DNA from: Verrucomicrobiota bacterium
Lineage (GTDB): Bacteria; Verrucomicrobiota; Verrucomicrobiia; Limisphaerales; AAA164-E04
NCBI GenBank assembly: GCA_047947115.1
Contig: CP170459.1
Coordinates: forward strand, 4,832,001 to 4,896,000
Length of the DNA: 64,000 bases
Direction: 5' to 3'
The stretch's first letter is position 1, and each line of letters begins with the position of its first letter. Shown here one piece after another: positions 51,428-61,068 of the stretch. The position numbers were made by a program, and so were the translations under genes. Under the pieces are notes generated by a model that did not search any database, was not told the DNA's origin, and was given only the letters and a program-made list of their open reading frames with translations.

Positions 51428-53005
51428 ATGAAGAATAATCGCATCCTCATCTTTGACACCACCCTGCGCGACGGCGAACAATGCCCCGGAGCTTCCATGA
51501 ATCTGCGTGAGAAGCTCGAAGTGGCGCGCCAGCTGGCACGCCTGAAGGTGGATGTGATCGAGGCCGGTTTCCCGGTGATCAGTGATGGCGATTTCACAGC
51601 GGTCCAGACAATCGCCAAAGAAATCAAAGGTCCCATCATCGCCGGACTCGCCCGTTGCGTGCCTAAAGACATTGATGCGGCCGGTGAAGCAGTCAAACCC
51701 GCCGGCAAAAAAGGACGGATTCATGTGTTTTTGGCCACTTCCAAGATTCATCGGGAGTTCAAATTGGGCAAAGCTCAGGATGAAATCGTGCGATTGGCCG
51801 TCAGAGGCGTCGAGCAGGCAAAAAAATACGTCGACGACGTGGAATTTTCTCCCGAAGACGGATCGCGAACAGAACCGGAGTTTCTGGTCAGGGTATGCAA
51901 GGAAGTCATTGCCGCAGGCGCCACCACCATCAACATCCCCGACACCGTCGGTTGGGCGGTCCCGGGGGAGTTTGGGGAATTGATCAGTCATTTGTACAGC
52001 GAAGTTCCCGAGTTCCAATCCGGCAAGGCCATCATCAGTGTCCATTGCCACAATGACCTGGGCTTGGCGGTCGCCAACTCCCTGGCCGCAGTGCAGGCCG
52101 GGGCGCGTCAGGTGGAATGCACGGTCAACGGTATCGGCGAACGTGCCGGCAACGCATCACTGGAAGAAGTGGTGATGGCCATGAAAACGCGTGCCGATGT
52201 TTACAAGGGTTTCAAATGCGGTGTGAACACCAAGGAAATCGTCAAGTCATCGCGTTTGGTGTCACGAATGAGCGGTTTGACCGTTCAACGCAGCAAGGCC
52301 ATCGTGGGTGAAAACGCCTTCGCACACTCAAGCGGCATCCATCAGGACGGCATCCTGAAAAAGCGGGAAACTTACGAAATCGTTGATCCTGAAGATGTGG
52401 GTTGGGGGCAGACTGAGTTGCCATTGACCAAACACAGCGGACGTGCTGCGGTGAACGCACGTTTGAAGCACTTGGGTTTCAAGATGACCGACACCGACGT
52501 CCAGGCCATCTTCGCCCGCTTCAAGGAAATCGGAGACAAGAAGAAGTTTGTCTATGACGACGACCTGCTCACATTGGTGGAAGGGCATATCACGGAAGTT
52601 CCGGAAACCTGGTCTCTGGAATACGTGCAAGTCACCACCGGCAATCAAGCCATCCCGACCGCAACCGTCCGGTTGGTCAAGGCTGGAAAAAAGAAATCGG
52701 AAAAAGCCGAGACCATGGAAGATGCCGGTATCGGAGACGGTCCGGTGGACGCGGCCTTGAAGGCAATCGACCGATTGACCACGACCCACGGTGTGCTCAA
52801 GGATTACAACATCCGGGCCGTGTCCCAGGGCAAGGACGCGCTCGGTGAAGTCACGGTCAAGGTCGACTTCGGGGACGGAGATCTTGTGACTGGAAAAGGC
52901 GCCGGCACCGACGTCATCGTCGCCAGTGCCAAAGCCTACCTGAATGCGGTCAACCGCTTCATGTCGAGCGAATCCAGAAAGGGCAAAGCCAAAATGCAGC
53001 CCTGA
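51428..53005 (+). CDS. leuA: 2-isopropylmalate synthase
   Basis: FDTTLRDGEQ, HCHNDLG, GIGERAGN, HSSGIHQDG, regulatory domain GDGPVDA. Confidence 0.96.
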   Translation: MKNNRILIFDTTLRDGEQCPGASMNLREKLEVARQLARLKVDVIEAGFPVISDGDFTAVQTIAKEIKGPIIAGLARCVPKDIDAAGEAVKPAGKKGRIHVFLATSKIHREFKLGKAQDEIVRLAVRGVEQAKKYVDDVEFSPEDGSRTEPEFLVRVCKEVIAAGATTINIPDTVGWAVPGEFGELISHLYSEVPEFQSGKAIISVHCHNDLGLAVANSLAAVQAGARQVECTVNGIGERAGNASLEEVVMAMKTRADVYKGFKCGVNTKEIVKSSRLVSRMSGLTVQRSKAIVGENAFAHSSGIHQDGILKKRETYEIVDPEDVGWGQTELPLTKHSGRAAVNARLKHLGFKMTDTDVQAIFARFKEIGDKKKFVYDDDLLTLVEGHITEVPETWSLEYVQVTTGNQAIPTATVRLVKAGKKKSEKAETMEDAGIGDGPVDAALKAIDRLTTTHGVLKDYNIRAVSQGKDALGEVTVKVDFGDGDLVTGKGAGTDVIVASAKAYLNAVNRFMSSESRKGKAKMQP

Positions 53006-53031
53006 CCCAAGTTTGGTCATCAAACACTTGC

Positions 53032-53066
53032 AAAAAGGAAAGATCCAAAAGGGTCTTTCCTTTTTT
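53032..53066 (+). terminator. Intrinsic terminator after leuA
   Basis: aaaaaggaaagatcc-aaaa-gggtctttcctttttt. Confidence 0.75.
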
Positions 53067-53255
53067 CGTGGGAAACGTGGAACGATATGTTCATGCAATG
53101 TTTGAGGCATCCGCCCCAACTTTTTTTGAATAAAAAGCGCCACCCATGCGTCCGCAGGGAAGTTGAAAGCAAATTAACGATTTCCACGATCAAGACAACA
53201 CGCGCGGGTTGCATGCATTCAGGGAATCGTGATACGGTTTCGATCTGATTTGGGC

Positions 53256-55097
53256 ATGAACTTTTTGGAAACGATCAATCAAAATAAATGGATAGTAGCA
53301 GGAGGGGCCATTGCCCTCATTTCTGTGTTCTGGCTATTTCCATCCGGCAACACCACCGAGCAAGCGACTTTTACTGCCATCCGTGGCCCGATGTCCATAG
53401 ACGTCATTGAAGGCGGCACCATTGAAGCAACTGAAGCTCAAGTCATTAAATCACGAGTGGAAGGACGGGACGGCACCACCATCCTCAAAATCGTCGAACA
53501 AGGCTACCAAGTCACCGAAAAGGACGTGGCCGACAAAATGGTTTTGGTCGAACTCGATTCCTCGGCTATTGAAGAACGTATCAGAGCCCAGCAAACGGAC
53601 GTCCAGGGCGCGCTGGCGAATCTGATGGAATACGTCAAGCAACGTGAGATCCGGGAAAGCGCCAATTTGAGCAACATCAAGGACACCGGTATGAAGGCGA
53701 AGTTTGCCCTCATGGATTTCCAGAAATACCTGGGAGAATCGGCTGCCCAGAAAATTCTGGATGACATCGGATTATCCAAGGAATCCATCGACCAGGAAGC
53801 GGGTCAGCATTCGGCGGCTGGATTGAGCATGTTCGAAACCAGCCTCATGGACGCAGCCAACACCAATGCCATCGCCAAGGGCGATTCGACCCTTATCGAT
53901 GGCTTGGGTGACCCGGCGGCCATGATCAACAACTGGGGCACGAACGACGATCAGGATTTGTTGCCTGAGATCCGTGATTACAACGTGGACTTCAGCATCT
54001 ACACCCGGGAAGGAAATGAAGACCTGTTGGGTGATGGCGACGCGCGACAGGAACTACGCAAGCTCATGGATGCCGTATTGATTGCTGAAGCGGAATTCGC
54101 CTTGAAGAAAAAAACCTATGAAGGCGCCGTACGGCTCAACAAAAAGGGATTCATCACTCCCAACGAACTACAGAACAAGAAAATCGATTTCGACAAGAGC
54201 CAGAATTCGTTGGCCTCGACCCGCGCCTCACTGCAATTGTTCAAAACCTACAATATCCAGAAAGAAGCCGAACAATATCTGCTGAATTACGAACTCGCGC
54301 TCATGCGTTTGAGCCGGGCCAAAAAGGACGCCATTGCCGAAATGGCGGATAGTATCGGCGACCTCAATCGCGCCGAACGCGCCTACCGATGGGAAAAGAA
54401 ACAGTTGGACGATCTGGTGATTCAATTTCAGGCCTGCACCATCCGGGCCGAACGACCGGGACTGGTCGTTTACGGGGATGGGCGCGACCGATGGGATCCC
54501 GACGAGATCATTCGTGAAGGCGCCCGCGTTCGCGAGCGTCAGGCCATTATCACCATTCCCGACATGCGCCGCATGGCGGTTATGGTGCGGGTTCATGAAT
54601 CCCAGGTCAAACGCGTCAAGAAAGGGATGCCGGTTGAAATTGCCGTGGATGCTGAACCGGATCGATCCCTGACCGGTGAGGTGGAAAACGTCGGTGTTCT
54701 GCCGGATTCGGAAAACCGCCGATTCAATCCAGACCAGAAAGTTTACAAAACCTCCATTCGCATTGCCGGTATTCACGACTGGCTCAAGCCGGGCATGGCC
54801 GCGCAGGCGCGCATTGTGATCCGAGTATTGCAGGACGCCGTCATGGTGCCGGTCCAATCCGTTTTCAACTACGAAGGAATCACCTACTGCTGCGTGGAGA
54901 CATCATCCGGCCCTGAGGTGCGTCTGGTGCAAGTTAACGATTACAACAATCGGTTTGCGGCCATTCAGTCCGGCATCGAAGAAGGCGATGTGGTTTACCT
55001 GAGAAGACCAGATTCCGTCGACACCAGCGATATCGAAGCACTTGTCCCCGACACGCAAAACAATCTGCCGGCGACATTGCCCGGGAATGAGTCCTGA
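53256..55097 (+). CDS. Periplasmic adaptor (HlyD/MacA-like membrane fusion protein) with long helical insert
   Basis: N-terminal TM helix, TILKIVEQG, IRAERPGLVVY, LKPGMAA, VPVQSV. Confidence 0.85.
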   Translation: MNFLETINQNKWIVAGGAIALISVFWLFPSGNTTEQATFTAIRGPMSIDVIEGGTIEATEAQVIKSRVEGRDGTTILKIVEQGYQVTEKDVADKMVLVELDSSAIEERIRAQQTDVQGALANLMEYVKQREIRESANLSNIKDTGMKAKFALMDFQKYLGESAAQKILDDIGLSKESIDQEAGQHSAAGLSMFETSLMDAANTNAIAKGDSTLIDGLGDPAAMINNWGTNDDQDLLPEIRDYNVDFSIYTREGNEDLLGDGDARQELRKLMDAVLIAEAEFALKKKTYEGAVRLNKKGFITPNELQNKKIDFDKSQNSLASTRASLQLFKTYNIQKEAEQYLLNYELALMRLSRAKKDAIAEMADSIGDLNRAERAYRWEKKQLDDLVIQFQACTIRAERPGLVVYGDGRDRWDPDEIIREGARVRERQAIITIPDMRRMAVMVRVHESQVKRVKKGMPVEIAVDAEPDRSLTGEVENVGVLPDSENRRFNPDQKVYKTSIRIAGIHDWLKPGMAAQARIVIRVLQDAVMVPVQSVFNYEGITYCCVETSSGPEVRLVQVNDYNNRFAAIQSGIEEGDVVYLRRPDSVDTSDIEALVPDTQNNLPATLPGNES

Positions 55098-55105
55098 GAT
55101 TGCGC

Positions 55106-56410
55106 ATGATCCCCTTGTCTCTGTCCCGCATCTCACACATCCTCAAGTTGGGATGGAAAAGCCTGTTGCTCCACAGACTGCGATCCATTTTGACGACCTT
55201 GGGCATGGTATTTGGCGTTGCGTCGGTGATTGCCATGCTGGCCATCGGTGAAGGAGCCAATCATGAAGCCCAGTTGCAGATTCAAGAACTGGGCAGCCAG
55301 AACATCATCCTGCGCACCATCAAACCGCCCGAGGAGGAAGACAAGCAGCAACGTCAGGGCAGTTACATTCTGGATTACGGGCTCACTTACGAGGACGTGA
55401 TGTCCATCCGAGAAACCATATCGGGCATCACACTGGTGGTGGAAGACCGCAAGGAACGCAAGACAGCCTATGCGGGACGCCAGAATGCCAATGTGGAAAT
55501 GGTGGGCACCGTCCCCTGGTATGGCGACCTGCGTCAGATCCAACTCAAGCGCGGACGCTTTCTGACAGAACGCGATCTGGAGGAAAACGCCAAAGTGTGT
55601 GTCATTGAAGAAAGTCTGAGTCAGCAACTGTTCCCCATCCATAAAATCATGGGCAACACTCTCCGCTTGGGGAGGCACTACTTTGAAGTGGTCGGCATGC
55701 TGCGGGATCCGGTATCACAGGAATCCGACCAGCCCGGCGGCGAGGACACGGAAACCGAAGATGCGGAGATACCACCGAGGGTCTTTATCCCGATCACCAC
55801 CGCGAAACGATTCTTCGGCGAAACCAGCGTGAAACGCATCGGATCCTATTTCCAAGCCGAGGCGGTGGAACTACACGAGGTCACCCTGAAGGTGGAAAAA
55901 CTCGAGGAAGTGGAAAGCATCTCCGAAGCGATCAAGGCTCGACTGGCCCAAACCCATGACAAGAATGATTTCGAGGTGGTCGTGCCCCTCATGCTCATGC
56001 GACAAGCGCTCCGCACGAAACGCATTTTCAACACCGTGCTGGGATCGATAGCAGGCATCTCGCTACTGGTGGGTGGAATCGGCATCATGAATATCATGTT
56101 GGCCAGTGTATCGGAACGCACCCGTGAAATCGGCATCCGACGCGCCCTCGGCGCCACACGACGGGACATCCTTTCGCAATTCATGACCGAGACGACTCTG
56201 CTGGCGAGTTCAGGAGGTATTCTTGGCGTGACATTGGGAATGGTCATTCCGTGGGTGGTGGGACAAGTGACGGATATGGTCACCATCGTGACCTGGTGGT
56301 CTCCCCTTCTGGCCTTTTCCGTGTCGGCGGCCACCGGTTTGATTTTTGGCATTTACCCCGCCAACAAAGCTGCGTGCCTGAGTCCCGTGGAAGCAGTAAG
56401 ACAAGAATAA
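55106..56410 (+). CDS. MacB-type ABC permease (no ATPase domain)
   Basis: RSILTTLGMVFGVASVI, ISLLVGGIGIMNIMLASVSERTREIGIRRALGA, FGIYPA. Confidence 0.92.
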   Translation: MIPLSLSRISHILKLGWKSLLLHRLRSILTTLGMVFGVASVIAMLAIGEGANHEAQLQIQELGSQNIILRTIKPPEEEDKQQRQGSYILDYGLTYEDVMSIRETISGITLVVEDRKERKTAYAGRQNANVEMVGTVPWYGDLRQIQLKRGRFLTERDLEENAKVCVIEESLSQQLFPIHKIMGNTLRLGRHYFEVVGMLRDPVSQESDQPGGEDTETEDAEIPPRVFIPITTAKRFFGETSVKRIGSYFQAEAVELHEVTLKVEKLEEVESISEAIKARLAQTHDKNDFEVVVPLMLMRQALRTKRIFNTVLGSIAGISLLVGGIGIMNIMLASVSERTREIGIRRALGATRRDILSQFMTETTLLASSGGILGVTLGMVIPWVVGQVTDMVTIVTWWSPLLAFSVSAATGLIFGIYPANKAACLSPVEAVRQE

Positions 56411-56477
56411 GCTTTTTGTGATCATCGTGTATTTGTTTTTGAACCATCAAAAGGGAAATAAAAACCGGTTGGGACAC

Positions 56478-58214
56478 ATGTTCCGAACCGGCCGGGCGGG
56501 TGCCTGCTTCGTCATCATCCTGTTTGCATGCGCCACCAGCTGGACCGGATGTTCCACCCAACATTACGAAAGGAGCGCCAATCGTGAAGCCGCCTCATTG
56601 ATTGCGGAAAAGACCCCCGACGTTGCCAACATGGATCCGAAATTCGAGTTAACCAAACATGAGCCGGCCGTCCTGGAAGACTTGCCAGTTTACAACACTC
56701 TGGACACATTTCTTGGCCCCACCGGTCAAACCGAACTGGGAGCACGCGTCGTTTCTCTGGAAAAAGCCATTGAATTGGCCACAAAATACAACCGCAACTA
56801 CCTCACCCAAAAAGAAGATCTCTACCTGCAGGCCCTGTCCCTTTCACTCGCCCGGTTCCAATACACCCCCATATTCGGAGCTGGCGCCGGTGTTGCCACC
56901 ACGGATCGACAGCGGATTGCGGAAGACACCGCGACAGGTGTGGACGTCATCACACGCGAGCGCACCGTCAACAGCGACGCTGGAGTGGGGTTCAACTGGC
57001 TCTTGAGAACAGGAGGTCGCATTGCGACCGACTTCACCACCGACTTCGTTCGTTTCGTATCCAACGATTCCGGCTGGGCTACATCCTCCGCACTAGGAGC
57101 CAGCTTCACACAACCGCTTCTGAGAGGGGCGGGTTACCGTATCGCCATCGAAAACCTCACACAGGCCGAACGAAACCTGCTCTATCAGTTGCGTGATTTC
57201 ACCCGCTTCAGAAAGGAGTTCACAGTAGATATCGTCGCCAGTTACTACCAGGTGCTGCAGAACCGCGACCGGGTGCGAAATTCCTACCGGGGTTATAACA
57301 GTTTCAAAACCAGTGTGGAAAGGGAGACCGCACGGTCCGAAGAAGGCGAAACACCGATTGCGGAGTTGAATCGACTCAGAGAATCACTGCTCTCCACCGA
57401 ACAAGGCTGGATCAGTGCCATTCGCAATTACCAATTGTCGAGGGATCGGTTCAAAATCGATCTGGGACTCTCAATGGACATCCCCATCGTGCTGGATCAA
57501 AACGAGCTCGACAATCTTTCCATTCATCACCCCACCATCACCGTGGAGCAGGCCATCAAAGCCGCCACCCTGATGAGGCTCGATCTTGAAACAGTCCGGG
57601 ATCGACTGGTGGATGCACAACGAAAAATCAATGTCGCGGCAGACGGATTGCAGGCGGATCTGGATCTCTCCCTTTCCGGAAACATGTCCAGCCGACCGGG
57701 TAGCGGCGTGCAATTACCCGATCCACAGCAACGTTCCTGGACCGCATCACTCGGACTCGATCTCCCGATCAACCGCAAACGGGAACGCAACAACTACCGG
57801 TCCGCATTGATCGCTTTTGATCGGGCACAGCGTCAACACGACTTGTTCATCGATCAGGTCAAACTTGAAATTCAGGATGGCTGGCGAAATCTGGAACAAC
57901 GGAAACGTGAATTTGAAATCAGCGAGGTGCGAGTCGCCCTCAGCGAAAGTCGCAGTGAGGAGGAAATATTGAAACAGGATCTGGGACTTGGGCTGGCACT
58001 GAACCTGGTGGATGCTCAGAACGATTTGATCAATTCCCAGAACCAGCGAACCAGCGCCCTCATCAGTCACACCATTGCAAGACTGGGATTCTGGCGGGAC
58101 ATGGGCATATTGTTCATCAAGGAAAACGGTCAGTGGGAAGAACTCGACTATGAGGTCATCGACGAACAGTCATTGACTTCGATGCCAAAACTTGATCCAT
58201 CCGCCGGTCAATAA
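56478..58214 (+). CDS. TolC family outer-membrane lipoprotein
   Basis: Lipobox TGC, LSLARFQY, FTQPLLRG, LVDAQNDL. Follows the adaptor and permease. Confidence 0.82.
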   Translation: MFRTGRAGACFVIILFACATSWTGCSTQHYERSANREAASLIAEKTPDVANMDPKFELTKHEPAVLEDLPVYNTLDTFLGPTGQTELGARVVSLEKAIELATKYNRNYLTQKEDLYLQALSLSLARFQYTPIFGAGAGVATTDRQRIAEDTATGVDVITRERTVNSDAGVGFNWLLRTGGRIATDFTTDFVRFVSNDSGWATSSALGASFTQPLLRGAGYRIAIENLTQAERNLLYQLRDFTRFRKEFTVDIVASYYQVLQNRDRVRNSYRGYNSFKTSVERETARSEEGETPIAELNRLRESLLSTEQGWISAIRNYQLSRDRFKIDLGLSMDIPIVLDQNELDNLSIHHPTITVEQAIKAATLMRLDLETVRDRLVDAQRKINVAADGLQADLDLSLSGNMSSRPGSGVQLPDPQQRSWTASLGLDLPINRKRERNNYRSALIAFDRAQRQHDLFIDQVKLEIQDGWRNLEQRKREFEISEVRVALSESRSEEEILKQDLGLGLALNLVDAQNDLINSQNQRTSALISHTIARLGFWRDMGILFIKENGQWEELDYEVIDEQSLTSMPKLDPSAGQ

Positions 58215-59796
58215 GCTCGTCCAGAACCCGTTTCATCACGGTGTCGACACGGCCCGTTGACCGGACCCGCACGAGGTTGTTCAACTCGGCATCACCAGGA
58301 GAGGCATACCGTGCAGCGAGCGTGGAAAAATCCTGGAGTCGGGCATCAGAGACCACTTGCTGCTCGCTGTCCCGACCTTTCAATCGCCGCCTGATCAGTG
58401 CATCCGAGGCGGTCAACTCAATCCATATGACCTCGACCTGCTTTCTTGCAAAGGCGCTGGCAAGTGCCTTTCTCACGGCTTCCTGCCCAAAGGTGGCATC
58501 CAGCACGACCGAACGATCACTCAGAACACAAGCTATCGCCCTGTCACGCAGAGCAGCGTAGGTCTTCTTGGTCATGGAGGATTGGTACAGGCGCTTTCTT
58601 TCCTCCTTGTCCGAACGATGCGTTGGAGTCATCCCCAGCAGTTCCTTGCGGACACGGTCCGAATTGATATGATCATATCCCAGACAGTCAGCCAGTCCCG
58701 CAGCAATGGTGGATTTGCCCGTTCCGATATTTCCCATAATAACAATCACCACCGGATGACGTCCCGTCACGGCATAATCCAGCGCAAGCTGAAAATAAGA
58801 AAAGGCACGCTTTCGTTTCAGGAGATTCCCCTTCCCTGATCGATCAGAACCCGAATCATACACCTGAAGAGATTCCACTTTGGCGCGCACCATGGCTCGA
58901 TAGGTTTTATAAAAATCCACCACCTGATGCATGGTGGCATCACCCATTAGGGCGGAGCTGCGTCGAAGCAAGTGGCGGGCCAGGTCGGATCGCCCGTAAA
59001 AATCCAGATCCATCGCCAGAAACCCCAGATCATTGGCCTGATCGATCCAACGCAAACCATCATTGAACTCAATGCAGTCGTAAATACGAATCGCCTCAGG
59101 GGTGACATGAATGTGGTCAAGATGCAGATCCCCATGGCACCAGCGCCAACACCGCCGCATGCGCTCAGTCAGAATACCACCCAAACGTTCGAATCCCAGT
59201 CGGGCATGTCGTCGCAGGGAAGCATGAACACAAGCAGGGACCAGGTCGTTGACAAATGGTTTGGTGAAACGGAAATTGTTTCGGATCGCAGTGCGCAAGT
59301 AGGAGACGGTTCCTTTCCTGGCCGACTGTGTTTCGGGTTGCGAATAAAAATCGTTCAGTAAAGAGATCACTCGATCCATGTCCGCAATCGTGATATCCCC
59401 CTTTTGTATTCGTCGGTCAAGAAACCATCTTGGTTGCAAATACCGCATCACCAACACCCATTCCACCAAATCCCCATGGGTCCATGAAAGGCGATCTCCA
59501 TGGCAGTAGAGGGGGATCAAATCAAGATAAACATCCGGAGCCAACTTTTGATTATACCGAAGTTCCCGCTCAAGATTGAGTCGGCGCAATGAAAGTGTGG
59601 AATAATCAAGAAATCCAAAGTCGACGTTTTTTTTGATCTTGTACACATATGGTTTGGCGATGATCACCAGGGATCCATGTGTCTGAATCACCTGGGTTTT
59701 TCCGGGGTGATGCGGATAAAAGGATGGATCCTGAAGACGCGCCAACAACCATTGAAAATCGGGCAACTTCTTTGAAGATGGTTTCGCTTTTGTCAT
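58156..59796 (-). CDS. Bifunctional aminoglycoside-phosphotransferase-like / AAA ATPase protein
   Basis: IQTHGS, YKIKK, HGDLHL, DCIEFN, DLGFLAMDL; GNIGTGKST, SDRVRK, LDATF. Confidence 0.88.
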   Translation of the reverse strand: MTKAKPSSKKLPDFQWLLARLQDPSFYPHHPGKTQVIQTHGSLVIIAKPYVYKIKKNVDFGFLDYSTLSLRRLNLERELRYNQKLAPDVYLDLIPLYCHGDRLSWTHGDLVEWVLVMRYLQPRWFLDRRIQKGDITIADMDRVISLLNDFYSQPETQSARKGTVSYLRTAIRNNFRFTKPFVNDLVPACVHASLRRHARLGFERLGGILTERMRRCWRWCHGDLHLDHIHVTPEAIRIYDCIEFNDGLRWIDQANDLGFLAMDLDFYGRSDLARHLLRRSSALMGDATMHQVVDFYKTYRAMVRAKVESLQVYDSGSDRSGKGNLLKRKRAFSYFQLALDYAVTGRHPVVIVIMGNIGTGKSTIAAGLADCLGYDHINSDRVRKELLGMTPTHRSDKEERKRLYQSSMTKKTYAALRDRAIACVLSDRSVVLDATFGQEAVRKALASAFARKQVEVIWIELTASDALIRRRLKGRDSEQQVVSDARLQDFSTLAARYASPGDAELNNLVRVRSTGRVDTVMKRVLDELIDRRMDQVLASKSMTVRR

Positions 59797-61019
59797 GGCT
59801 GAAGGACTGGCAACTGGTTGAGCATCTGCTGCAGTTGATCGCTGGCCTTGGTGACAGCCTCGTGCGTCGCCGCATCTTCCACCGTTGCACGCACCGTTTC
59901 CAGGATCTGCATGCGTGTTTTGATCTCGTCGGCGGTGACGGGCGCATCGGCCAGGATCATTTGGTTCGCCCCGGTCATGCCCTCTGCCAGAGACTGCTTG
60001 ATGACTGCTGGAATCTGGGCATCCAGCATCAACGCATGATACATGCTGTTGGCCTGTTCGTTGGCACCAACGAACTTAAGGGCCCGCTGCGCCAGGGCGA
60101 GCTTGTCGGCAAGTCTCAACCGTTCCTCATTCTGAAAAATATTCGAGAGTCGATCCATGGCAGATTCCCCCTCCTGCTCCATGATGTAATCCAGTGCGTT
60201 GGCATCCAATCTTCCATCTGCGCGGACCACCTGTGTCTTTGCTTGTTCCAAATGACTCAGATCCCCAAGTTGATCCAGCAGGCGAAACAAGGCCAGACGA
60301 TCGGCATTGCTCAGTTCAAACCCGCTCTCGACCGATTCCGCGGCTTTGAGTAATTCGCGGGCGGCGGAGGCAATTTCGGCATTGTGTTTTCCGGGAGCCA
60401 GGGCGTCCAATTTGCCGGCAAGATGAATGATCTCCTCGGTACTTCCTGTCACTTTGAGCACATCCACCAGCGCTGCTTCAGAAGCGGGGCTTGCCATCAG
60501 GGAAAGCACTTCGATCAGGCCAAGACGAAGCGTTTCCGGCGCAGTGGCATCACTGGAATCTGTCGCGGCCCCCGGAAAGACCATCCCACCTGAAGCAGCG
60601 GCAGGACGCACGAAGACAACATCCTGATTCAATTGCAGAAAGTCCTGAATGGCGGGAATGGCAGTCTCACCGCTTTCAAGTAATTGTTCCAAATGATGAA
60701 TCACCCGCCAGAGTCGATGCTGATCGCTCGACCAATTAGCCTCATTCAAGACAATCAAGGCGTCCACAATACCGGCAGGGTCCAGTTGCGCTGTGCCCCC
60801 CTTTTCCACCGGCACCTCCTCACGCACCCACTGTGTCTTGTCCGCCTTAACCTTTTCCAGTTCGGCTTCCAGGGCATCAATACGTGTCTGCATCCGCGAT
60901 TCGATCACGGTCTGATGCTCTTTGAGCTGGTCCTTTTTCCACTGGGAAAGGGTGAAGAAACAGGTTGTATATCCAACCACCAGCGCAACAACGATCCAAA
61001 TCCAAGATTTCATATCCAT
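59793..61019 (-). CDS. Hypothetical membrane-anchored helical (HEAT-like) protein
   Basis: N-terminal TM helix plus coiled coil. ATGA overlap with the downstream gene. Confidence 0.7.
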   Translation of the reverse strand: MDMKSWIWIVVALVVGYTTCFFTLSQWKKDQLKEHQTVIESRMQTRIDALEAELEKVKADKTQWVREEVPVEKGGTAQLDPAGIVDALIVLNEANWSSDQHRLWRVIHHLEQLLESGETAIPAIQDFLQLNQDVVFVRPAAASGGMVFPGAATDSSDATAPETLRLGLIEVLSLMASPASEAALVDVLKVTGSTEEIIHLAGKLDALAPGKHNAEIASAARELLKAAESVESGFELSNADRLALFRLLDQLGDLSHLEQAKTQVVRADGRLDANALDYIMEQEGESAMDRLSNIFQNEERLRLADKLALAQRALKFVGANEQANSMYHALMLDAQIPAVIKQSLAEGMTGANQMILADAPVTADEIKTRMQILETVRATVEDAATHEAVTKASDQLQQMLNQLPVLQP

Positions 61020-61068
61020 TCCTCTCTTAAAGCCTAATCAAATACCCAATGGGAAGCAATCAACCATC

